Assembly: GCA_026914245.1 (NCBI GenBank)
Contig: CP110439.1
Span: 2,356,001 to 2,420,000 of the forward strand
Direction: 5' to 3'
Length of the DNA: 64,000 nucleotides
Source of the DNA: Puccinia triticina
Lineage: Eukaryota
Numbering within the stretch: the first letter of the stretch is position 1; each line of letters starts with the position of its first letter. Below, one piece after another: positions 34,598-48,689 of the stretch. A model generated the notes under the pieces. It saw only the letters and a list, made by a program, of their open reading frames with translations. It did not search any database and was not told the origin of the DNA. The position numbers and the translations under genes are program-made.

Positions 34598-36703
34598 CTA
34601 GGGTTTAAGGGCGGCTCCGCCGCCCCGTGACCATTACTGCCATGTCAACTGCACACATTATGTAAAAAGTTCCAACGGAATCGCATATCATTACGGGAAC
34701 AGTTCTACAAAAGTTGAAGCAAGTCGCGGGTTCATGACCCTTGGTGAAGCCGAGTCCACTACTAAGTAATACCACACTAAAAAGGTTGATGGTACCTCAA
34801 TTCCAAATTCCCAGCATACAATTGAGAGAAAAATTTAATATTCCACAATAAAGGTCTAATTTAAGACATATCTATTAACTACATTGAGGAGATCTTTTGA
34901 TGTTCCAATTTGGAAAATAGCCAACATTTCTGGAAAAGTCACTCGTGACAAGGCTACATACAATTGACCATGAGCAAAAACCTGAGACTTCAATAAAAGT
35001 ACTACATTATTCAATGTTTGGCCCTGGCTCTTATTAATAGTCATTGAGAAACATGCTACTACGGGGAACTGATTGCGGTAGACAGAGATCTTAGCCTGGG
35101 CCTCCCCCTCGTATCGCAGTGTTATCTTTGTTAATGTAACTTCTTTTCCTCTGTGAGACCCCGTCAAAATCTTCGCGCCCATCGTCCACTTTGTTAAGTG
35201 CGTCACCATCATTCGAGTGCCGTTGCACAAGCCTTGCGGAATATTCAAGTTCCGTAACAACATTACAGGCATTCCAATTGCTAAGGATAAGCGGTGTTCA
35301 GGAAAGGCAGGGAAATCCAGTTTATTCAGACTTTCTTCTGGCAAGGAGTCCAAGGCTTAGAAATATCTCACAACAATGTGTATGGAGCGTCCAATTTCCC
35401 CAGCGATGTATCCATAAAAAAGGACCACATTCCTAATGAGTAGGCCACTCTTAATGCCGGCGTTGACACAGGGCCCAAAGTGTAATATGAAGTGAGGGCC
35501 ATGCTGCATCGTGGAAAGAGTATCAGCAAATAAGATTACGCCTGTAGGTAATTATTTTGTTGTCTCACAGGGCCAGTAGCCGGCAAAAAAGCTCGGATCT
35601 TGTTTCCTATATTGTCAATGCACAAGCAACCAGCAATGCTTGGGCGGACATAGGTTGAGTAGAGGGCATCAGGAGTAATAGCCCAGCAATCAAACTCCGC
35701 AATTATTTCGACAAAAATTGAAGTTTTGGTAATAGATGTTAGGTTGAGGGTGCCATTGAAAGAAATCCAGGAGCTCCCAAAAATAGGATTCTTGGTGGAT
35801 TGGCGAAGGAGAATTTTGTAGAGAGGATCACATATGTGTGAAGACGGCGTTGAAGATATAGGTCCTGCTGGGGAATAGATATAGGTAATGAATTCATTTT
35901 GGGTAGGGATGTGTCGTAGTTGGGAAAGCGGTATGGAAGCGCTGACTGTTGGGAAAGCCATCTGGTCAACGTGGATGAAGAGAATACGTTGTGGCATGAG
36001 TATTGGGTGTTTTATGGATGTTTGAGAAATAATATTTGGCCGTGGGGAGTGGTTTGCTGTGGGCAATGAATAGCTCAACAGTCCCATAAAAGACAAAGTC
36101 AATGTGGGCCGCTGGCAAAAGGGGGAAAAGGAAAAAATGTAGGGAGTAGATTATTACACTCCTCATGATTAAGGGACCACGCACACAGTCTCATCTTCCC
36201 GGGTTTCGCAACCGTCCTCAAAATGGCGATACACGAAGGAACTTGATATCCCGGGACCCGGTCTCAGTATCCTGGAATTGGTGATATATGAGGGAATTAG
36301 TGATTTGCAGCAAACAGCGATACGGCCGAGAGCGGCATATGATTACACAAGGTGCCAAAGTTGGCATAACAACGAATGAAGCAAGGACCAATAGCGGTGA
36401 GAGGAAGAGATCAGGCCGAGGGTCTGACCTTAAGCAGAAGGCAAGGAGCAACTTCCTGATCCGGAGGCTTCACAACCGGAAATAGGAGGGAAAAATAAAA
36501 AAGCGTTGATGAGATGAGGATTTGGGCCACAGTATAAAAAAGCATGGCTTGTAGACAATTTAAGGTCATTGCTTGGCTCCTGCTCGGCACCAATTGCTAA
36601 AGGAGCCAAGCGATCCAGGACAATCGTGACCTGTAGTTTATTGCAAAGTGGGGGGGGCGGAATGCTGCCTTTTTTTTTTTGGTGTGAGCGTCGGTCCGCT
36701 TGA
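34598..36703 (-). mobile_element. Non-autonomous Helitron remnant with PIF1-type helicase C-terminus (34856-35353) and additional unknown ORFs
   Basis: MPVMLLRNLNIPQGLCNGTR, QFPV..FSMTINKSQGQTL, VFAHGQLYVALSRV. The 3' end on the minus strand is hairpin GGGCGGC-GGA-GCCGCCC followed by CTAG|T at 34598. The 5' A|TC at 36703 is only a candidate. Confidence 0.8.
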
Positions 36704-36715
36704 TGTTAAACCATT

Positions 36716-37374
36716 AATAGTGACGGACGCACTTTTGATAGTGGCGGACACACTTTTGATAGTGACAGACACACTTTTGATAGTGGCAGACGCACTTTTG
36801 ATAGTGGCAGATGCACTTTTGATAGTGGCGGATGCACTTTTGATAGTGGCGGATGCACTTTTGATAGTGGCGGACGCACTTTTGATAGTGGCGGACGCAG
36901 CGTAGCGCGCGCTCTTTTGCGCCCTGCGTGCTTAGCATTAGCGCAATTGCGTGTATCTGTGCTAACGCTACGCTAAAATCTAAAATGTATCTGTGCTAAC
37001 GCTATGCTAAAAGCTAAAATAGCTTTGCACCCTGTGCGCGTAGCGTCAGCGCAGATGTGCGCATAGCGTCAGCGCAGATGTGCGCATAGCGTCAGCGCAG
37101 ATGTGCGCATAGCATCAGCGCAGATGTGCGCATAGCATCAGCGCAGATGTGCGCATAGCATCAGCGCAGATGTGCGCATAGCATCAGCGCAGATGTGCGC
37201 ATAGCATCAGCGCAGATGTGCGCATAGCATCAGCGCAGATGTGCGCATAGCATCAGCGCAGATGTGCGCATAGCATCAGCGCAGATGCGCCCAATTGTGA
37301 TAACGCTACGCTAACAAAGAGCACATTTGCGCTGCGCACTAAAAGCTATGGTTAGCGTAGCTGACCCACTATTG
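36716..37374. mobile_element. Inverted, one-ended copy of the 1286 MITE family containing two minisatellites (21 bp x ~9 at 36716-36898; 23 bp x ~10.5 at 37048-37290)
   Basis: The right end GTTAGCGTAGCTGACCCACTATTG is the reverse complement of the 1286 left end. 36900-36975 matches the reverse complement of ~1430-1503. Confidence 0.8.
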
Positions 37375-38624
37375 GGCCTTTTCAAACTCATCTGGGGCCT
37401 TTGGGCCCCATAAAAGCTTGCATTGGCCCTCTACGCGCCCCTTTGAGCCATTATTCAAATTTATTCAAATATTCAAGCTTAAATTTGCCCAGGCATTATT
37501 TGACTCAAATCGAATACAAATACATCAGTCAACACTGACACATGTTGCTAAAAAAGAACAGGGCTGGCAAGGGTCTTGAACCCCAAAAATGCACTTTCTG
37601 CTGCCACATCAAGTTGAGCAGCTCATAATAATACAAGAGAGATTATCACAGCTGTGCAGAATCTTTTACAATGGAGCCTTACTGGTTTATATCATTGCCA
37701 TCATGATTGTGTAGGCTGAAGTTATCCCAGTTTAACTGGGATGCGTCCAACTGCCAGCCAGAGTCTGAGCAGGTACCTGCAACCAGTTCGCCGGGGCTAT
37801 CTCTAGTGGAGGAGGATATTCAAGGTTCTGCCTCAAGTTCCAGATGCAGGTCCGCCATGGGTGGAGTTTGATATTCAATGTTTAGTCTGTTTGATATTCA
37901 AGTTTTCCTGCTCTGTCAATTGGTTTTTGTTTCCCACAGTTGTTTTCTTTTGTTTTGCATGTGGTGTTGAGTGAGGGAGTCTTTGTGAGGTCTGTGTTCT
38001 TGTTGCCAAGTCTGGTCTGCTGTTGTTTCTGTGTTCCAATCCTCACCAAACCATCCAAACTGCTTCCAACCTTGGTGTATCTCATGAAATCCAACCCAAC
38101 TGAGCTATCCTTTTCAATTTCTTTGTCTCATCATCTGGACCAACTCAAAGGGCAGCCTAAACAGCATTTCTTCCCCTCTACCCACTGCCTCCACAAATAT
38201 CACTGGAAAAGAGACCCCTCCAAAGATTTTTTTTTTGGGATTTGTTTTTCCAAAATCTGGAACAGCACTGGGGGGGTAGTCAAGAAGAGGTGCAGGGCAC
38301 TGCAAGTTTGAGATCACCATGTAAGGATGTATGCAAAGTGCTGGATTCATTAAATTTAGAGAGAAGATGCCTGTGCAAAAATGTGAGAAACTAGGCCCAC
38401 AAAGAAAGTAAGATGGGACATATCAGCAAGGAGATGATTCTACATACAGAAGTACAAATGATTGGATAATCAACAGGATAGACAAAGGAGAATACATAGT
38501 TTTGACGACAAGTTGATTGTAGCTATCTATATTTATATAAAAGAATCAATCACCCCAAAAAGGGTTGACAATACTGATAAATATCTACATATGTGTATAG
38601 AGAGAGAAGTAATTAGGCATTAGT

Positions 38625-41600
38625 CTATTCATTTTCCTGGCTAGCAGAGTTCTGGGGATTAGGTAGTGGAGAAGCGGAAGGGTTGGCCGCGGGCGCTTGG
38701 GGCAAGGTGGCCAGGGTGGCAAGGCCGAGCCCATGTTCGCCCACCTTTCGCAGACAGAGCTGGATGTAGATCTTGAGGTCCGGGACCAACTCGCCACCCA
38801 AGCAGTCCACCAATAAGGGATAGAGTGACGGCATGCATCCCAGAAACTATCGGATTAGATGGAAGAGGATGTCCAGGGAGAACAGACGTCAGCGTGTTAC
38901 GTCCGACTTCGGGGACACAACTTAACAGGGGAGTGTCGATCTCAACGCACAGTTTGCTTGTCGAGACTGTAGAAGCAATGTAAGACTTCCACCATCACCG
39001 GCGTCCAAGCAGCAATATTTCTTCCCTGCGTCTCGGGGTCCAAATCGACGTATCCCGTCATAATCTCCAGAGCAAGACTAGCAAAAAATCAAGCAAGAAT
39101 AGTGGTGCCAAACCGCGTTTCAGTCGAACTGCTGCACGAGAACTAGTATAGAGAGGGAAAATACTGACGGGACGAGTGTCTCGACTGCTTGTTGTTTGGC
39201 TTGATGGTCCGGTCGTTGGTCGTTATATAATTTCGATAGCACTCGAATCAACGTCACCGCACTACAGCTTTCTTGTTTCAATAAATTTGGCAGCTGCTTC
39301 ATAAACCCTGTATTGATTTACGAAACAAAAAGTCAATCAGATCTCTGCTTAGTTACACTTCTACACATTGGCAGGATAATACCGTAGGTTTGGTTCAATT
39401 TGCTAGGATATGGGCAAAGGCTTCAAGTGGGTGGACACTAACCGACTTTCCAGAGCCCCATTCTGAGCTCTTTATCGGCGTTGAATTTCTTAGCGAACCG
39501 ATAACTACTATCGACTTCGGCGAGGAGACGCAACATAGAAGCGGGCGGGATTCTCTGATAAACTTCGACGTTACACAGCAGTTCATTGGCGGTCTCGACG
39601 AGCAAGAGTTGCAAGACACATTTGACGATGATCTGTCTGAAGACTTTCTTCCTCTCGGCGGATGTCATCGGCGCCTCGCTGGCTTGACTCCGATCCTCAC
39701 TCTCAGCAAGCAACGGCAACGGAGTCGGTACGACGAACCGCTTGTTGTCAGCCATCGGTGACGGCGTTGGTTCGCCTCCTTCTCCGACCTCCAGTCCTGG
39801 CTGGCGCAGGTTGGAATCAAACAATTGATACGCTGTCGTCGTCCGGAATAGATTCACAAATGTTGTCACCACTCGGTCCCAGCGCTCGTCGTCCAACTTC
39901 TCGACATTGTTTTCTAGCAGCCGCTGTAAACAGGATGTTCCAATCCTTGCCAAGGTGTCATTCTCTGTTTTAAGAAAAAGATATAAAAAAAACATTAGTG
40001 AAAAGTATGTTGCAAAAGCGTATCTGCGATCTGCTTTACCTTGACAGATACATTCGCATAGGAGGTCTAACAAACGATCCAAAAGTCGCCCAAGAGTATC
40101 GAAATAGAAAGTATATAAATCGATTAAGTTTCTCAACGCTTGGATCATTGTTGTCGACAACCAAACACTCATGTCTTCCTGGGTGCTAAACCTGGAGACG
40201 TCGCTCCTCGACCTTAAGACGGCAAAGATCGGGAAAAGAACTTCCTTGCAGACCGAATCCCAAAACTCGGCACTGAACGAGCTCCCGTAATGCTTCAGGG
40301 TCTCAAACAGATAATCCAGTGCTCGCTTCCGAACCTCCAGGTCTTCCCCATTCATGGTGATGTCGTAGAATGCGAAAAGGATTGGGAACCAAAACTATGA
40401 GAGAACGCAAAAAGTGTCAATCAAGCAATGAGTGGTAGGATCAAGGGGGAAAACCCTTACTTTGAGCATCGCATCATCAGCAGGCGCCGACTCGTCACCA
40501 GATTCTCCTCCCACGGGGCGACCCAAGGGACATTCGGGGCATTCCAACATAGCGGTAATCAAGCTCTTCAACATCTCGATCGCATGGAGAGAGACCTTTT
40601 GGAACTCCGAGATTTTACAGAAATCGGTGATGCAGACCGTAAGATCTGCAAATGAGCCATAGGCTACCACTTGGCTGAAATGCTCGCTGTTGATTCGTTG
40701 GACTAGCTCAAACGCTTGCGTTACCACTCGTTCTACATCAAAGTTGCACAAGTTAGACAAGGAAGAAACCTTTGTTTTTTTAAACAACTCATATATGATG
40801 CCCACCTGTTTTAGCTTTAGACGCCGCAGAAAATACGCCGAACATAGTTCTCCAGCCGGATCGAAGATTCTGGACCCTAACGGAGATCATTTGATTAAGA
40901 CATTGGAGGACCATGTCTTTTGAGTCCAGGTTACTGCTATGAATCATTGTGTGTTCAAATGGTTTGAGGAAATCTTTCTGGAACTTGAAGTTTGCTAGCT
41001 CGTCTTTCTCCAGAAATCTCATCGCCAGTTGTCGAAGCGAGTCCAGTGCAAAAAAACTGACATTCGCATTCGGATGACAACACACCTTATTTTTTGGTTA
41101 TCAACAGACAACTCCTAGTAAGTCGTCCTCGCTCTCCTTGATTATGAGCTCAAAATAAATAAATAAAGAAAGAAACTAACTTGATTGAAATGTTCACCAA
41201 GAATCGACCAAATCTGAAACCACTCTAATCGAATCCTGCCCATATTATAATACGAAATTTCGACTAACTTTTGCAAACAGAACGTTCTAGGATTGCCGGA
41301 CAAACCCGAAGCCTGAATCTCTTCCCACGAAACTGAGCTCAACGCGCTCACGAAATCGACAATGGCCGTCTGTAGAGAAAACGATCAAGAAAATTCAATT
41401 TTTGGACAGGTGTGGGGTGACTATAGCAAGTGAATATTTACTCCAGATAAACTTCGGCTTGATGAGAATACCATGTCGGCTGCATAGGTTATATGACTTG
41501 CTCCAGCTGCGTCAGTCACCTCTTCCGAGGGTTTCATCTGCCTAGATTTCGTTGGTTTATGAGTAGAGCTGTTATATAGAAGAGAGCAGATGAATTCACT

Positions 41601-44600
41601 CGGCTATTCCAATAGATAGTTCATTGAAAAGATTCTAACCTTCTCCGCCCAGGAGTAAGCTCATTGTTGGATAGATCGAGATCGACGCCTTGAGAGATGA
41701 GCTGAAATCGTTCCAACTGGGAGACGCAATTCAAGATCAAGTTCCAAGAGGACTTAAGATAATTACCGTCGACCAAGGCGATGTCCAGGAGAGTCTTGAT
41801 GGTCTCGATATTTTTCGACTTCATTTCCGACAGATTATTCAAGAAGGTGAACTTGGACAGAGTGGTTAAGAACGCATCCCGTTCAAGCTCGAGATCAAAG
41901 AGACACACGATCTTGATCGCTTGCTTGAACCCTTTAAGACTCAGCTTGATCATCTCTAGTTCGGCCGAGTTATTTTGTAACGGCTCCGATAATCCAGCTA
42001 GTAATGGCATCCAGACTATTTGGAACATCGGCTTGACGTGCTCGAAATGCGATGCTTCGTAGAACTGATCACTTAGACCCGAATTTCGGTGACGTTGTCC
42101 TCTCAATAAGGTCCGGAATAAGATCTGTCTCGAATTTAAGACCAGTTTTTTTTTCTTCTCTTGGTCAAAGTCATCATCGCCACATAAATTAGGACGCGCA
42201 CTGACCTCGGTCTTGTTGGCCATTCCAGCCGACTGTAAAACGTAAGCCTCCTTCTGTAAATCTCTGCCAACAGTAGCGATACTGCCAGCCAAGCCGGTAG
42301 GCACGTGCTGGACCCCAACCGCGGCGTCAACCTCATCCTTCATTCGGATCTCGTTGGCCAGGATCTCGTCGTAAACGGCAGAGAGATACTCTTCTGGTAA
42401 ATCAGCTCCCTGATTGATCCCTCGATTGTTGCGGATAAACTCTTTGCGAGTCATCCGGTTTTTCACTTGGGGACTGTGTGCATCAGTGTTCAACAGAATG
42501 ATCGAGAACGCTAACACATATGCAGTTTCTGTTATAGATTTTTCGGAAAATTTCAATCCAATGGATACGATCAACTTAATATCCCCCAAGTGGAGAAACT
42601 GGATTGGATCGGATCTCGGAGAAAGCTGAATTCGCACCTGCATTGGCCAAAGTTTCCGGATTGCCTTGGTAATATCTTTCCGCGAACTTCAACATAAACC
42701 TATCGATTTTTTGTGCCTCTCCAGGCAATCTAAACGCTTGTAAGAAGGTTCTCATAGCTTCGGTGAACTTCATGTTACTGAAGTCCATCATGTCGATAAA
42801 TGCATGCATCGTATCTACATTTTCTGCATCTCTATGATTAGGGGAGTACGATGATTACAGCAAACGCAGGGGAAAATGTACCAAGGATAATCAGTGATAG
42901 GAGATTACGGTTATCTTGAAATCATCGGCAACACATACCCTTCACCTAAATATTCTCCGATCATAGCCTTGCTCAAGCCGTCAGCCGTCAGCAAGAACCT
43001 AGCGACATCTTTAGGTTTGGAGGAACGGATGAAGCCATGAGTGATGAGGAATTTGATGCCGCGTTTGGGCTTGAAGTTGAATTGTCGGATTCCTTCGATA
43101 AGCGTAGTTTTCTGGTTCTTAGCGGTCTGGAACCGGTCCGGATCGTCGATCGGTTCGCGCTCGCCAGTGATAGTAGATGCGGCATGCGGCAACTGGATGT
43201 TAGTGACTGAGTCCGTCGGGGCCATTGCTGCCCCAGTTCCCGAGGTTAAGTCTTGTTGACCATGGCCGCCGGATTCGGAAAGGGAGGGACTAGAGTCGGA
43301 GGTTCGGTGACCCTTTGGGATCGGATAGGAAGAATGCATAGCACTGGCCGATGAGCCGGGGGGCGCGGGAGTGTTTGCGGGGATGGTCCCCTTGCCAGCC
43401 CATGCAACCAGCGACTGCAGCCCGGCAACCAAGCATTCAAGACTCTGTCGCTTCAGCTGAGCTTCGACGGACTGGTGTGAGTACAGGGTCGACTCGGTCA
43501 TACCCTGAGACATGGAGTTCGTGCTGAGCGATGGGGGGATCGATGTCGAGCTCGCAAATACGCTTGAGATTCCGCTTGAAGAAGTGTTTCCAGGCGCGTT
43601 CGGTGAGCCTACCAGCTCGACCGATTGAGATGTAGTCGTCGATGTCGTGTATTGAGTCGTTGCTAATTTCGAGACAATGTTCATGAAACGCTCGTATATG
43701 TTTCCCAATGAGGTGCGATCACAGTCGTAGTTCAGATAGACTTCGACCAATGCTTGTGGATCATGGAATAATCTGCCCAATGCAGCCAGTAGAATAGATT
43801 TCTGCTTGACGGTCGAATTGCGCATCTCCAAAATCGGTAGGAAGATTTCATTTAAAAGGACTTCGATTTCTTTCTGCAAGAAGACAATTCAGGTTTGGTC
43901 AGCAAGATCAAATAACTAAGTGTCGAAATGGAGCTGTACGAACCTTGAGTTTTGTTCGCATACCACTGACGACTTTCCAAAAGATTTCACAGCTGAGTTC
44001 AAAGACACTAAGGACCGAGCTGATAGCGTTTCGACTCAAGCTAAGACAGAGATACTGTTTGATGGCTTGGATGAAAGGAGTCTGATCGCGAGTGGTGGAC
44101 GAACAGATCATCACGTTTGGGTCGGTAAACATGGCTAGATTGGTGTTGAGGATGCTGAGGATCAGATGCAGAGATAGTAACTTAGATCGCATCGCGTGAG
44201 ATTTAAGATCCTTTTCACTGAAACCCATATACAAGTTTGTTAGTTTTATCGAGCACAGTAAGTTGGCTCGACTGGATAAGCTGACCTCTCCGTTCCAAGT
44301 GGTTTCATCGAGAGCTTACAGAGCGCTCTGAAGACCAGAAATGCATCCTTAACGTAGTAATCTTGCATGCTCATGACCCCTGGATTGCCGACTGCATCTC
44401 GATCAGAGACTCCATCAAATGAGTTACGCTTCTCAAATGATTCCCTAGCGAATCCAAAAATCATTCAGACCATATTCTACAGAGCCAAGAAACAGACGAA
44501 GTGATTGAAAGACTTACAGAGTAACTTGAGCCTCTTCTTTACTCACCCCAGCGTTGGTTTTTTGGTCGGTAACTTTGACCGGTGAATCCTGCGACGTGTC

Positions 44601-46061
44601 TGGAGCCGAAGGTGGGGGGACATTTTCCTCAGGCGCGGCAGCCGATGAGGGAGAAGTGTCGAGGGAAGATTGTGGCCTTGGAGTCACGGGAGAGCTAGTG
44701 AGATCGGCTGGGGGCTCCTTGGAATCGTTCTCTTGGGGTTTGGGCGAAGATTGGCGACGATGGGAAGAGTTGTTCCTTCGCAGGGACGCAGTTCTGAGCG
44801 GGGGTTCTTCTCCCTTCTCGACCCGACCAAAGACGTGGCTTACGATTTGGGTGAGTGTCCCTTGTGCAATGGCCTGATTAGTCGGGCTTTTGCTGAGCAA
44901 AAAAATATTGTAGACCGTGCGGACGGCGCGCAATAGGCTGCTCTGATGCACTTGGAGTCGTCGGACGCCCGGGTGGGTCGGAGCCAGTACCAGGGCTAGG
45001 AGAGCTTTGATGATCTGTAACTGGACAGCATCCGGACAGGCAGCATCCGCAAAGCAGTCGCAGATGATTCCAGTTACCTCGTCCCCCATCTCGACATCAG
45101 CCCGGACTTGAGAGGTCGATTTGCTGGAGTTGTCTCCATGTTTGTCCGGAGTTGTTGGGCCGGTCTCGGAGACCTTGAAGAAGCTGTACGAGATCAGCTT
45201 GCCGATGCAATCCAAGGCGGTAACCATTAAGACAGAGGAGCCAGTCTGACAGGCTAGTTTGAGAGGCTGTAAGACGATCTGAGCTTCCTGATTGGGGCCC
45301 GATGGTATGCCCAAGTCGCTAGTAAGCCCTTCACCCTTGAGGAGGGCCAGGGCAGCCTTCGTTGCTTCGCCCAGCTCTTTCGACTTCTTGGCTTCCTTGG
45401 AGCTGGCGATTGACTCGAGCGATGAGATGACTAGGACAGGGGAAACTGAGGAATGAGTACTGGGAATGGTGTGAGTTGTGGAGGAGGATGCGATGGTGGA
45501 TGTTTCTTGGAGAGCCGACTCTCTAGATGGAGTGATTCGGGATGATTGGAGCGTGAGAGCAGGTGAGGATGATCCAGATCGAGCCTTGTTGTTATTTTTG
45601 GGTGAGATGGGAGTTGAAGGAGTGGTTTGCTCCTGGGGACTGGGTGGCTGCTTGGGGTGATGAGGCCCTATGGCCTCTTGCGCTTTGGGATGCGAATCCT
45701 CCAGAGGCTGGTCGGAGGTGTTTTGGAGCGAAATTTCATCGAAACTGTTGCGGAGGTTCTCTTCGTTACTTCCAAGTTCCAGTGAGGGGGAATGGAACTT
45801 GATCGGGAGGGTCTCTCGGCCGAATCGAGGATCGATCGTTTCGTGGATGACCACGGGATGGTCGTCGTGCGATCGGTCTGTTTGGTGGGAGGTCAGGACT
45901 ATTGTTGGAGATGATTGGGCGGTCTCTGATTTGATGTCGAAGGAAGGATGGTGGTCCTGATTCTGTCTGACCGGTGATGAAGAGTCCTCCAAAGAAGCCA
46001 ATTCAGCACGGTTTTTGAGTCCATTGACAGCCTGGTGCTGATCAATCGGACTGAGATCCAT
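38625..46061 (-). CDS. SEC7: Large Sec7/BIG-family ARF guanine-nucleotide exchange factor, multi-exon
   Basis: DCB/HUS regions ([40 protein letters not shown]), Sec7 domain with glutamic finger [12 protein letters not shown] and [12 protein letters not shown] regions ([42 protein letters not shown]). GT-AG introns. Start MDLSPIDQ inferred. Confidence 0.95.
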
Positions 46062-47563
46062 GGCAAACAAGGGGTGACTGGCAATCTGTGCGGGACTGTG
46101 AAGCAAGACTCGCTTAAGGACGTTTTGGAAGCAAGTCAGGATATTGAGCAATGCGAGACTTACTGAAACGAATCCCGATGGTCTGGTGGTGATGATGAGT
46201 ATGATGGTAATGTGTGTGGTGGTTCGGAGGGAGCTGGTTGAACTTGTGGTGGTCAAAACAAGGCTGGGACACGCGCAGACCCACCACACAGCACTCGAAA
46301 ACAATCAAAGCAAAACAACAAAAACCTACCACCAACACGCATCAATCAATTATGTGTGTTTGACACTTGGTAGATAAACAAGCACCCCCAACAACCCCTG
46401 TGAAGAAATCATCAATATGTGTGATCAGAATTGTTGCACTGCCCTCCAGCAAACCTCAAGCCAAGGGAACATCCAGCCACTTGCCCATATGTAACTTCCA
46501 AGTGAAAACATATAGGCAAAGATAGCAAATTGAGCCTTCATGGTCACAAAACATGAAGACTTTTGATTGAATAATCAAACCTACTTCCTCAAGACACACC
46601 CATTTACATCCAACCTGCCAAGAAAGACCTTCAAATTGGCTCCAAAGTTTTGCATATTTCAATGGTGAGTACCAATCATGCTGTCAACAAATCTTTTCAA
46701 GTGGCTATGCACACAAAACAGAAACTGATGTTTGTTCCATTTATAGAACAGCTTGATCAACTCTCCTTTATTCAACACGTGAATCCTTGCAACAACACCA
46801 TGATTAGAAAGATAAACTCACTTTGGCTACACATGTACCATGATGGTCGATGGCATTGAATAGCAGCACCCATTTCCCATCTCCAAATCTTGGTCAAAAT
46901 CACCATCAGTTATATATTTTCACTTCAACAATCTGGTTAACTTCAAACACGCAGCTGAGAAATAAGGGCATAGGGCATGAAAATTGAAATTTTCCAAATT
47001 TATTTGCCTCAAAATTTCTTGGGACAAAAACTGAGCCTGGCCAAAATGTAGGCTTGAGCCCAAATGTGAAGAATTTCAACATTTGAACCCTCCGCTAGTT
47101 TTCAATTTTTGTGTACAGGGCAAAAAAAGTTGAAATTTCTCAAAATTGAGGTCCATGGTACAGGCCGTAAGATTTCTTTGTAAATTCTTGTAGTCAAGCT
47201 TGGCATCAATGCACGTGGGCTTCAGGGAAGCTCAGACAGCAATGGTATGCACATTTTTCATTTGGGAGACCACCCAAATAAATAATTATTGGATTTGTAT
47301 GTCAACTGGCAAATGGATCATCACGAACAACCCTCACATGAACAAGGCTGCGGCGCGCCGGGGTGCGGCTCCCCTGCCCCAAACGGGGTTTTCCTGTGAC
47401 CTTTCTCACAGTAACATGGAGGATCCTCTCGTCGGGCTTGATTCATACCTATTTTTTTGGTTCGAAATATTTGATTTGGTATTTGTTTATATAAAGACTT
47501 TGTGCACCCCGTCCCGGGCGGAGAGTAGCAGAGAAGACACACGCAGGCCGCATCCCGAAGACC

Positions 47564-48384
47564 ATGAAAGAAGACGCCTCAGATTTCGATGGTGCAGCGG
47601 ATGCTCATCAAAAGCCGATGTTTTTGTGAGCTCCCAGCTGTCTTTTGCCCTTTCTCTGCCACAAATTTTGCTCCCTCTACCTCGCAATCTAAGAGCCACA
47701 TTGCGCGCTGTAGTATTCTTGCACAACTTACTGACCACATTGGTAAAAAATACTTGCAGTTACGGAACATTGATGAATGTCAGGATCCTCGAACGAGTGA
47801 TTGGTCGTCCGAGCAGCAAGCTGACCATCCAGCCCGCTCAAATAACCGTGTGTATTTCTTTCATTTTTTGCTTTTGTTTTTGCGGAACGCAGTGTCAGTT
47901 ACCCATTGATATTGTCGTGTGATGCTGTGAATTTTTGCATATAGGGGTACTGTCGATTCAAAATTCGTGATGCCCATTATCCAGGTCTACTTCCTGCGTC
48001 AGCTGCTGAAGTTGCCCTCAATCGTCCACCTACTCTCGAAGAACAAACGGTCACTGGAACACTCGTCTCTGGCTTGAGTGCCACTGACGTAGCTCTGTTA
48101 GATGCATTTGAGGGTGAAGTAAGTGAGATCTGCTGTTGATTACTCGCTAGCAAGGATTCAAGACGTATTGATCACAAATTACTCAGGAGTACGAGTCGCA
48201 GACAGCACACATCAACCTGATGGATTCCAACAGGCCTCCCGTCGAGGCTATTGTGTATATCTACGCGCCCGCGATAGTATCACAAAAAGTCTTGCCATGT
48301 GTGTGGTCCTACGATGAGTTCTTGAATAGTCATTTGTCACAGTGGATTGCGGATCCCAGCATGTACAGATACGACCGAAGCTAA
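47564..48384 (+). CDS. AIG2-like / gamma-glutamylcyclotransferase-fold protein, 4 exons (47564-47625, 47760-47847, 47945-48118, 48187-48384)
   Basis: Spliced translation PMFFYGTLMNVRILERVIGR...GYCRFKIRDAHYPGL...VTGTLVSGLSATDVALLDAFEGEEY...VYIY...WSYDEF. Confidence 0.85.
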
Positions 48385-48689
48385 GCGAGCACAACGCCGG
48401 GTTCCACCCGGGTTAAAGATAGAAGCACCGGACTTGGTGATTTTCTTTATTTTTAGTATTATGTATTTTGTGAGAACGGAACTTCGTAGATATATACATG
48501 TGTCAATCAAATGCTTCACGCTTTCACCTGGGCTCGACTGAAGCATTCAATAAGACAAATTCTGAGCGCGTATTCAACCCACAAAATACAAGTAAAATTC
48601 CAAGGAAACAGAAAACGACAATAATCTTGAAGTGACCATGGATAAAAGTTAAAATGCGCACAAACATGAAAGTGGATGTTAAGCTTGAA

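Noticed and set aside
36648..36938. LLIVADA / CVRHYQK repeat proteins
   Set aside because: They are translations of a 21-bp minisatellite.
46062..46304. N-terminal extension of SEC7 from the ORF-track start
   Set aside because: The ORF begins at a non-ATG codon in low-complexity leader sequence. The first in-frame ATG with good context is at 46061.
47200..47922. 240-aa ORF as a single-exon gene
   Set aside because: Only 47760-47847 is coding (exon 2 of the AIG2-like gene). The rest reads through promoter, out-of-frame exon and intron sequence.
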